DNA of 64,000 nt from positions 806,001-870,000 of the forward strand of contig NEEC01000004.1 of assembly GCA_002189035.1 (NCBI GenBank). The letters are read 5' to 3'. The position numbers and the translations under genes are program-made. Origin of the DNA: Utricularia gibba (taxonomy: Eukaryota; Plantae; Magnoliophyta). Below, one piece after another: positions 49,181 to 59,613 of the stretch (positions within the stretch are counted from its first letter, which is position 1; every line of letters begins with the position of its first letter). Under the pieces are notes generated by a model that was given only the letters and a program-made list of their open reading frames with translations, did not search any database and was not told where the DNA came from.

Positions 49181-50643
49181 TCAGTTCAGCCGGTGGGCTG
49201 CGGCGGCGAAGGTGGGGCTATTGCAGACGCTGCCATCGGAACCGGAAAACAGTGCCCTCTGAAGAACGCCGGAGGGGGAAGAAACGGTGGTTGCGATTGA
49301 GGATTCATGCGGCGATCCCGGTGAAGGTCCCATTTTTAGCGCCTCCGCGAGCGGCCCACCTCCGACCATGAGCTCCCATGAAACGGGCCGACACCATTCT
49401 GAACCTCTTGGTTCATAGGCGTCGTCTCTGAATGGCTGTATGTTCATCGCTTGTTCATCCAGTGAATCCCCAACTGCCATTGCGATTGAGAGTTTAAGTG
49501 ACGTCGAGCGATCTTCTGGGTTTATGAAGCTGCGGCTGCTGCTACTGTATAGAAGATTGTTGGATGACAACAAATCCATGTCCATGGATCTGATCCCCAT
49601 CTCCGGAACTGGGAAATTGGAGGAGAAATGCGGCGGCTGTTGCTGAACACCGAATAGTAGATTTGATGTTTCCATCAAATTCTGCCATGGCTGTTGCTGC
49701 TGCTGCTGCTCAACCAAGTTATTTTCAACTCTCGGTTCCAGTTTCCTGTAACAAGCTCAAGTTACACACCAGGAGCACAATGAAACAGACAACAAGCGCT
49801 ATCCCACAAACTTGCCTGTTAGCAGGTGTGGGAGGAAGAGCAGAAACTTCATTCAAACTGGCGGGTTGATCAACTCTCGGTTTCTTGATATTGTTTGCTG
49901 TTGATTTGGTTTCCACAGGCTTTCTTGAACGTGGTCGCCCTCTGTGGATATGGCGCTCGCAGTACTTCTGGTGTGGAGCCACATCTCTTGAGCACCTCCA
50001 TTTTTTCCCATCTGTCCTCTTGCATCGCCCTGGCTCTAAATCCCTTCTCCTCACTTGAGAAAAGTAAAGCAATATCAAAAGATGAAGCATCAGAAGAAGG
50101 AGAAGAGGGCAGGGTTCGTTGAAAGTTTACAAGGATCCAGAGATTCAGTGTCCACGTTTCTGGAAATGGAATGAACAAGCTCAGGAGGAACTGGGAGAGA
50201 AGAGATCATGTATTTGTAAATGGTGGCTTGTCTTTCGAGCTCTTTCCATTGAGATACCGTGAACGGAAACCCAAATCCAGCGCCCATGGCTGCAACACAA
50301 CAAAAAACACAGAGTGACGAAATTTGAATCCAAACAAAACCAAAACCATTGAAAAACTCTTCTCCTCTCCCCACATTGAATATCCTCCACGTCTCCATCT
50401 CCATCCTCTCCCCACCCGAAGAACAAGAAATTTCATTAAATGTCTACCTGGGGATCCGTGAGGGAAAACGTCAAAAAGCTGTTTGTTCGTACTACCAGTA
50501 GCACCACTACTCCGAGGAGGAGCATCGGTGGCTCCGCCGGCGCCGAACCCCCCCGCCAGAACTCCTCCGCCAACCCCCAGAATCAGGGTACCCGTCGTTC
50601 CATTGCTGCTTTGAGAAGTAGAACGATGACCCCCGTTCTCCAT
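49181..50643 (-). CDS. GRF: Growth-regulating factor (QLQ + WRC), GRF7/8-like
   Basis: Exons 50448-50643, 50131-50289 (QLQ: [12 protein letters not shown]), 49816-50053 (WRC: [11 protein letters not shown]...HIH), 49181-49745 (GGPLAEAL). Last intron is GC-AG. Confidence 0.9.
49911..49931 (-). promoter_or_regulatory. miR396 target site in the GRF WRC-coding region
   Basis: Minus strand reads CGTTCAAGAAAGCCTGTGGAA (RSRKPVE), the canonical GRF miR396 site. Confidence 0.92.
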
Positions 50644-52145
50644 TCCAAATCTCCTTAAACCAAGAAACCTCCGTGACAAAATGCTAAAAGGGAACAAAAA
50701 ACAGCCCTTCAAAACCACGACTAACAAAAAGGGGAGTGCTTCAGAACTCTCAGAGTGCTGCTGCGTGGGAGAAGAAGCAGAGAAAGGAAATGAGTGGCGA
50801 GGGTTGCCTGCGTTTCCGGTCTTTTGTTTTATTCATTTGCCCTCCGTCGGTTGTCTGTGGGGCTGCAACTTGGTTTTTAGCATCGATACTCTGCCTCCAT
50901 TCTTCCAACATTCGCCTCCATCCCCTCTTTTAACATCCATCAATTGAAATTAATATTCAATTTATTCCAAATTCATTATTTTCATAACAATATTAAATAA
51001 AATACAGTGTATAAATTCAATACCATTTTAAATCTAATTTTTTGATTAGTTTTAAGAAAATTAATTTGGGGACATGGCACCTCGAGGGCGTGTGAACGCC
51101 GCAGTCAAATTGGAAAAACTTGAAACTGTAGGACATCGACAAGACGTGAGGAGCGACAAATGTAATAAATACAGAAATAAATAATTAAATTCCCGTATTT
51201 TAATTAATGTTTTTCAAAGATATTGTGCGCTTTTTAAAAAGAAATAAAATGAATATTTTTTTTTGTGGGGGGAGGGGTACGATAACCGAAGTGGGCCCAG
51301 GGAATTAATGAAGACAGCTGGCTGGATGGATGGAATGTCGCTGTCGAGGACGGAAATCAAAATGTGGAAAAAATGTCGAATTGGGGTTTAGTTTATACAA
51401 TTGGATTTGGCGTTCGGGCCCCCCAAATTCCTAATAATTTATCAAGGGCCCCAGCACTTGTGTTAAATTACAAATATCCACCCCATTCTGTTTGTTATAA
51501 AGGGAGAGAGAAAATCTCGTTACAATATATGAATTGTCGCATTTCAATAAATGTGCACTTCCAACGGCGCATCATATCGGGTATCATTCCGTCCACCGAA
51601 AAGGACGCCTCTGCTCCCGTTTCCTTTGTGGACTAAATAAAAATAAAAAAATTCATTTTTAATCACAAAAAATTATTGGAAAATGATCAACACGAACATA
51701 TTAAATACCATGAAAATGTGTGCATGTGGCACGTCACGGGGGATGAGGGTATTTTCGTCCATTCAAGGCGCATGGGGGGCCTATTTGACTTTCCCTCCAT
51801 GCGCACACGTACGAATCAAATCATTTAAAAAAGTGAACATATGTCGGAAATTAAATATTGAAAATGATTATTTTTCGATGATTCCAATTTTGGGTGACGG
51901 ATTTGCTACATTGTGCCAGCTGGATGGCACCAGGGATTCTGTTATTCTTTGCTATAATTGGAAATTAATTTAGAACGACACATCATTTAAGTACTAATTA
52001 AGCAACATGTGTACCCTAATTTTGCCCTAATAATTGATTGAGCACAACTGAATTAAATCCCAAATTAGGGCTTGCTATTGTCGTTGTGGTTCGAGGGGTG
52101 ATGGGCCGGGGCAGGCCCGGCCCAGGTGAAGTGGGCAGTAGTCGG

Positions 52146-52200
52146 TCATATGTCCAAATCGTCGTCTGGGTCATATGTCCAAAATCGTCGTCAACTCGTC
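52146..52200. repeat. Imperfect local duplication spanning the ELP5 stop codon
   Basis: tcatatgtccaaatcgtcgtc (52146-) recurs as tcatatgtccaaaatcgtcgtc (52171-), plus caactcgtc copied from 52219. Confidence 0.85.
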
Positions 52201-54088
52201 GTCCTCGTCTGAATCGGGCAACTCGTCGTCGGAATCACGGAGGTAGAAGATTTCGCCAGAGCCTTTCTCGGAACAACTGCATTGGGTCTCGGGTTTCCGA
52301 CCGTCGTATATCTGCACCTCTGCGCCGTTTCCTGAACTCAAAACATTCAACTTGGGTTAACATGTAAGGAATTATCAGAACAACAGTCTATGCTCCTGAT
52401 TGGTTGATTCCCTGCTACCTTGGTGTTCGAATGGAAGAACAACTTTCTCCCTCTCACGTCGCTCCTTTTCAGACAGTTGCAAGTTGAATTGGACCTGCAG
52501 AAGAGGGTTATACGATAAGCATTCTTCTTTGTCCGACAGAATGGAAAAGTAAACAAAACAAACATCTTACGGCGGGCGGTGCCACGCTCTGTGCAGTGAT
52601 AACATCGCCAGAAGAGACAGCTGAGAATTTGACCCCTGAGTTGGTTACGCAGAATTCTTCTAACTGAGAGTTAAGAGCCTGAAGGTGTAAGTAGGGAAAA
52701 GGGGTTTCTGCAAATGGATAAGAATGAGGAATTCTGAAAGTGTACCATCAGTTTAACACGTCCATTTCTACGCTTCGCTCGGACAAACAGCCTTCCCCTT
52801 CTTAAGTTCTGTTCCATCAGACTTGGGCTTGGAGATTGTCGCAGAAGTTCATCTGCGCCTGTGAACATTGTTTCTATGGTGGCCTTCATTGTGGATGCAT
52901 ATTCAAGAGCGGAAACGGCCTGAGGGTGCAAGAGATCCGTGTGCAGTGACCAAAACATGCTACATATCTGGACTGCAGTAGTCAAATGGGAAGACACAGA
53001 AGCATCCTTCAGTTAGGAGTACTTGTATGCAACTCTTGTACTTGTACAAGTGAACAACAAGACACCAGGCAGCACCACAAAATGGAAAAATACAGAAGAT
53101 GACATTGTAATAAAGGGACGGACACACATGATGCTTCACTACCAGCAACAAGAGTATAACCCTTCAAGACCATGAGAATCATACCATGACTACGAAGACT
53201 ACTAATAAGCGAAGAAACCCGGATGATGGGCGCATGCCTAAGCATCTCACTAGCCTGGAGGACAAGAATGGATACGAGTTAAGATCTCCGATCATGAGGC
53301 AACTGCATTATACTTGAGGACGAAAAAAAATTCAATCTTGAAAAGGTAAGGCATTAGAAAGTACAGAGTCTATTCCAACAATGAGCCCCTTCCCATGTAA
53401 AGAAACTTCTGCAAGACGGAACAGAATCCTATCATGAAACGATCAACTTCAACAGAAGAATGGCCCGAAGAACATAAGATGGGTACCTTTCCCAAGTTCA
53501 ATAATTGACGATAAAACTTCATCCATATCCTGGATACTTTTACATGAATTGACTGCTAATGCAGTTGCAATAGGTAAGTTCTTAACCGTCCCACATTCCC
53601 CGAGCTTGCTTTTCCAGCACAGTGGATCGGTGAAGCAATCCAAAACCCTTAACCTGGATCAAAGAAACTTTACTGTCGGATAAATTCTCATGAAAACGCG
53701 AAAACACCTCACAATTTAAGACAGACCATGCCCTCGATCCTTCAACGTCAATCCCATTTCTCTTCAACAGCTCTTCATAGTACAATGGGCTTCGAGATAA
53801 CGCGACCAGGACGATGCCTCTGCAGATGGGTAAAAGGAGCAAGTTTTGTCAACCTAAAAGTACCAATGAATGAAATTAAATTGCAGTAAGCATACGCCAA
53901 TTCAGAGTTGAACTAAACTTAGCCCCAGAAGATTTGGGTGACGAAACAAAAGAAGAGAGCTGCAAGAAAAAATGGTCGAAAGCGTAGCATCCCAATGAAC
54001 AGTCAATCGTATCGTTTATAGTGAGAGCGGGAGCTTGCTCGCCTTCCAACCCACCGTCGCGAAGCGTCCGGTAAAGTAACTCCGCCAT
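52171..54088 (-). CDS. ELP5: Elongator complex subunit 5
   Basis: [62 protein letters not shown]. Multi-exon with consistent phases. C-terminus altered by a 31-nt insertion. Confidence 0.9.
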
Positions 54089-54145
54089 AGTCCGACAAAC
54101 GAAAGGGTGACGTATGTGCCGGCTCTTTTTCGTCCTACTTGGTTC

Positions 54146-54153
54146 TAGGGTTT
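54146..54153 (-). promoter_or_regulatory. Telo-box (AAACCCTA) in the ELP5/PGL spacer
   Basis: tagggttt on the plus strand, between the two divergent start codons. Confidence 0.55.
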
Positions 54154-54234
54154 CCTGATAAGCTCTCCAATTTCAGGCACGCCATAACCAACTCCGCGGA
54201 AGCAGCCAGCTCTAGTTGATCCCAATTATCCAGT

Positions 54235-55772
54235 ATGACAATGGGCCTTAGCGGGTTACAGTTAATTTGTAAGCCCATGGTCGCAACACCTCACGGCGAC
54301 GTCAGCGAAGTCCGGAGCATCGGAGGTGCAAATACTTGCTCTCACGTGTTAAAATGCGCCATGGAAATCTGCCGTTCACCGTACGCTGATCTGCGCCTCG
54401 TATTCAAATCTTCATTGCACAACCATCAACCTACAAGAATTCATTTGAGTTCCCGAATAGCCACGCGCAGTTTCGGGGTGAGGCTGAATACTTTCAGGAG
54501 ATCGAGCTTGAAATCTTACATGGCTGCGCCAACAGCCGCGAGGGGTGAAAGAGAAGTTACCGTCTTTGATTCGGAGGAGGAATTAGCGGTTTCACTTGCG
54601 AAATATACTGCCGATCTGTCGAATAAAATTTGCAATGAGAGAGATTCGTTTACGGTGGTTCTCTCCGGTGGGTCTCTGATGAAATCTCTCAGGTAAGCGT
54701 GGGGTTCTTTGTAATTACTTTCAATTGCGTAAGTTACGGACCATAATTGGGTACCCAAATCTGTAGAATTGTTGTTTAATGTTTCTTTGTCGCGGATTCT
54801 AGGAAATTGCTTGAGCCTCCATTGTTTGAATCGGTGGACTGGGCGAAATGGCGTGTGTTTTGGGTGGACGAGAGAGTTGTGGCTAAGAATCACCCTGATA
54901 GCAACTATCTTCTTGCGTGCACTGAATTTTTGTCCAAGGTGCTTTTTTTCCTCCTGTCTTTTACATTGAAGAGCACCAAGTAACTCTGATCATAGCTTCA
55001 GTCCTTGTGGAAAAAAAAAAGGGGATTGCTCCTACGCAGAAAGCTGTTCACTTTCCAAACACTTGCATGGAGAAACATGTATTCACTTATGAGTTTCCTC
55101 TGTAAAGTAGCAAGGATTGGAATTTGTTTGTTATGATATGTTGATGCATGATCTTTTCTTGGCTGCTTCAAATACCACAGGCATCTTCATTTTGATTTGG
55201 GTGCCTTTCAATCATTTGTGAAACTTAGTCAAGCGATATATCACGTGTCTGAAATATGCTACATAATGGAAGAGGAGCTGATTATCTATCAACATTCTGT
55301 GCTGCAGGTTCCAATCCCAGGAGAAAATGTATATGCCATAAACGACACATTATCAGCCGAGGGTGCAGCAGATGAATATGAAGCCATCATTAAGCATTTG
55401 GTGACAGCCAAAGTGATCCATCAATCCCAGACGACTGGTCTCCCAAAATTTGATCTGATTCTTCTGGGAATGGGTCCGGATGGCCATGTTGCATCTTTGT
55501 TCCCTGGTCATCCTCTTGTTCAAGAAACGAACAAGTGGGTTACTTTTATCAAAGACTCACCTAAGCCTCCACCTGAAAGAATCACCTTCACTTTCCCTGT
55601 CATCAACTCAGCTGCTCATATAGCCATTGTCGTGGCCGGTTCTGGTAAAGCGAATGCTGTTTCCTCGGCACTTGGGCGTTCTCCTGATACCAATGTCCTT
55701 CCTGTCCAGCTAGTGGCGCCGGAGGGTGAGTTATGCTGGTTCTTAGACAAGGGAGCTGCTTCCAAGCTCTAG
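54235..55772 (+). CDS. PGL3: 6-phosphogluconolactonase, PGL3-like (N-terminal extension + C-terminal SKL)
   Basis: Exons 54235-54692, 54803-54938, 55308-55772. Motifs FTVVLSGGSL, WVDERVV, DLILLGMGPDGHVASLFP, PPPERITFT. Ends ASKL*. Confidence 0.92.
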
Positions 55773-56559
55773 GTATGATGCATGATGAATTGTGAGTGTG
55801 TGCATTCACTTGAACTTTTGTGATCAGAATGAACCCGGTTTTTCTCAAATAAAAAAGGTCATGTACCCGGTTCTAGATTATTTTGCCTTTTGTTTTTTCG
55901 CGGCAATTGTGAATTTTGTAAACCGGGTTCAAGGCATAACTGGAATAAAAGCAGCCTGCTATCATGTGCCAATGAAACGACGCCGCATCGTTGCATCATG
56001 CTTTATCAGGGGTCTCTTTCATTCCAAAGTATGCCCTAAAACCCGATGGGGACTGAAAATATGAAAATAAATATACAGACGCAAATGGTGATGTCAGGAA
56101 GTTAATGACGACGGAAGGCATGAGGAAGAAGATGAAGCAGCAGCGTCGAAGAGTGTCCTCGCACTTTCCAGCAGGTTGTTCGAGAGCGCTGTTTCCAGGT
56201 TGCCTACCTTACCTTTTTTTAGCAGTGGAACGAAGTAGAGTGTTTTTGGCTTGAGTACGTCATCCCTGTGGGGATAGTTTACAGGTTTCCTAGTTTTACT
56301 TAGCTCAAGTCTCTAGGCTTATGGAACTAAATCGTCGTGATAAATCAAGTATTTGAAACGAAGGGTTCTACTGTAGTATCTCAATCTGTTTCGTTTGGCC
56401 TTATAGACTGCTATTGTTTATTGCCCCGTTGAGCAATCATAGACAATTAAACTTTATACGTTTTTCACTCATATACTGCATTCTTGCGTCAATCTGTGTG
56501 TACTTTGAATATGTTTAAGCCTTTATGCATTGATTATAACGTTCTTTTTCATTTTTTTG

Positions 56560-57800
56560 TAGATATGACCTTACAAGTACTAGAGAAGTAAGAAACGTAT
56601 TTTTAGTAAGAAAATGTGCACTACAAAACCTTAAACCTTCAGTTTTCCAGCAAACCTTCTATACTTCTTTACTGATTACACACAAGTCACCACAAAAAAA
56701 GGAAATGAAAACAGAAGAGAAAGGACGTTTATCCTATTTTATTTTAAGGCGCGTTTGTCATGCTTTTCCATTGTATGTAGTTCTATTTTATTCCCTTGTC
56801 ACGCATACCTAGTACTGAATATGTGGTCATTATAGCAATCCATGCAGGAAAGAATACGAGAGATTATGGGGGCATCTAGCCACCTTCTTTTGGCTTAGCA
56901 GTAGTGTCTCAGGTGAAGGGGAGGGGTTAAAATACTACTGGTGTAGGAAGAAGTATCTATTCTGCTGGGATTCGGATTCTGGGGACATTGTTAGATCCAG
57001 GGAATTCTCTCCAGTTGAGGGTGGGATTCTGACCCCCCATCCAGTTCAATGGTAGATAGCTGTGATTCAGATTCCTTGGACACTGATTCCTCAGTTGATC
57101 TTTACATGAGCATTCATCCTCCCGCAGATGGATATCAAGTCAGAATCCCGATGTCTAGAAGATTTGTATTGACGCGATCAGATGCAATGGAGAATGGATG
57201 TCATACTCAGTGCTGGACACAGTTTCAGGTTTGCACTTGCTTCTGAGATTGCTGGATTAAATGACCGTGAACAGCTTGATCCTGCGAGGGATTTCGTATG
57301 GCCCTGAGATTGGCTGATGACAGCTTTGTTGGCTATATGAAAAAAGCTCGCCACATTTTAAGCTTGATGATGTTGGCATAAGAAGGTATCTGATGATTGT
57401 TTCTAAGATCATGAAGTTCAAAGACGTGCGCCTTTACAATCATTTGGAGAAACTCCAAGCCAATGATTGTTTCTTTATTTACCGAATGGTGGTGGCATTC
57501 TTCCGAAGGGAGGTTACTTTTGAGCAAACTCTGTGCCTCTGGGAGGTCATGTGGGCTATCAAGCTGCAATCAGGGCTGGAATAGGGAAGAAGGCTTGGAG
57601 AAAGATAAGTGAGTCCCTCCAGCATACGATCTTCTGCTCTATGCAATTGCTGCCTCTGTTTTGCAGAGGAGGAAACTAACCACTGAGAAGTACAACAGCA
57701 TAGATGTGATTTTGAGGAAATGCAATTCGATGGCAGGGCATCTTGATGTATGGAAGCTCCTCCATGATGCCCACGACTAGGTTGTGACCCTCCATGACAA
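56560..57800 (+). pseudogene. Decayed TBC-domain Rab GTPase-activating protein pseudogene
   Basis: Fragments YDLTSTRE, ICIDAIRCNGEWMSYS, GPEIG*, FVGYMKKARH, YRMVVAFFRREVTFEQTLCLWEVMWA, DLLLYAIAASVL, LDVWKLLHDAHD*. In-frame stops at 57315 and 57778, frameshifts and internal deletions. 5' limit uncertain (possibly ~56090). Confidence 0.85.
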
Positions 57801-59613
57801 ATGGAGGAGGTTCTGTGATTTTGTTGGCAGAAGTCTTGGCCCGTCACTGTTTCTGCACTTCATAGTTACCATTGGATAAGGGAGATTACTGTGGTGTACG
57901 CATAATCCTTTTCCGCGGCCATATTGAACCCCTGTCTTGAATAGACATGTTTTCCGTGGACGCTCGGTGATTGTCGTGCTCCAATATTTTTCATGCGTCA
58001 TGCCCTGTGCGAAGCAGCGTAGGTTGATTATTTGGTCCCCGCTTTCATTGAGGCATGGGATTTATGGCCGGCCGCTTTGGACATGAGTGGAATTCATTCC
58101 ATGGGGCCCGAGCAGTTGACACACTGCAAGTTAGCACACAGAAACTACTTCACTGCGCTACAAGTTCCAGGTAAATTCTATACTACTCTGATGCTGATTT
58201 TAAAAGGGGACCAATTGTGACCTTTCCAATCTGTCCGATTCCCCTTCCCCTTTATCCGCCACTTGCTCTCGTGGCATTTAAGTGACTTGTAACCATTGGT
58301 TCTTCATGCTCAAAGCATCTGCCCCTTAATCACTCCTCCGGTCCAACCATAGCCCTTTAATCAGCTCTTCCCTTGTAGCCCTTGGTTGATTTCACTTCTA
58401 CACACCCGTGAAACAAAACGAGGTGAAACTGCCATTTTGGTAAAGGGTGGTTTTCAAAAGTGACTTTCATATACTTTTTACTGTAATGTTCTCACTGGGT
58501 GTCTGTGACATCCAGGCAAGAACAGGAACATAGTGAATGAGCTATCTAACTTTGAACTCTTGTAGCCAGGGATGGGTGATCGTGAATCCACGTGAGATGC
58601 TGCATGTGCCCGCATCCCTTTCAATCATGGAGTTGTCCACTTCGTCCACCCCAAGATGCCTGCTCAAAGACCCACCCTTCCACACACATTCTGTGCTCTC
58701 CGATTCCTATCCCAGCCTCCGCCGTTCACTTCAAAGATGGCGAAGCGGGTCGCGGGCTGCCAAGACAGAAACTCGCGCATTCTATCAATGGGAAGAAGAG
58801 TAAAAGCCAGCCAGGCTGTTCAAAAAAAAGGGGAGGGAAAAGGTCTCCCTCCCCCGTACCGAGAATTTGCAGTTGTCGGTCCCGATTGCCGGAGACGAGA
58901 CGCGTGCCCACCGGATCTGGGTATTAAACGTCTCATTCATTGGCCATGCTCCATAAATAACCCCAGCAACCCCCCAGCGCCTCGATTAATCCTCACCGAC
59001 GCGCACCGCCGCATCATCGCAGTAGAGTGAATTATGAATATAATAAAGTCGAGTAGCATCGCAATATTCTTTTTATTAGACCCTATAATGAAGAAAATTT
59101 GATCATCTGTCAGATATTGTGTTAAAAAATAATTATTTTATATGTTTTTTTTATCTAAATTATAATGTAGTAGTATCCCTTCTAATTGATACAAAGATTT
59201 CATACTAAAAAAGAAATGAAATATTTTATTTCAACGGCCCCAATTTGGGATAATGCATCAATTTTCACTTAATTTCGACAAGAGATCGACTAATGGTGCG
59301 TTTGGCCATCCAACGGTGGAGATTCTTGCTGCCCACCCAATCGAGCGGACCACGCTTCACGATCCCATAAGCTGTAATTATATATATATAAATAATAACT
59401 AAATAAATAAAAGTACGGAAATGCTGTTGTGTTGTGTCTCACACACCGTAGCGTGTGTGCGTAACGATGCATTGATGTCGTTTGGGACTTTGGGGGGGTG
59501 CAGTGTGCGTATATAAATTAAACTATATAACGGAGGTTGCGCGTCTCCAACTTTGGAAGAGGCTTCGTTGTCGGCTGCGTTTTCGAGAGTGTGGGTGTTG
59601 GATCTGGTGAGGA

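Noticed and set aside
49911-49931. MIR396 gene on the plus strand
   Set aside because: The match is the reverse complement of the GRF target site inside a CDS. No precursor hairpin is evident.
58584-58605. miR172-like word (gaatccacgtgagatgctgcat)
   Set aside because: Only the ends match mature miR172. The centre differs and I saw no star arm.
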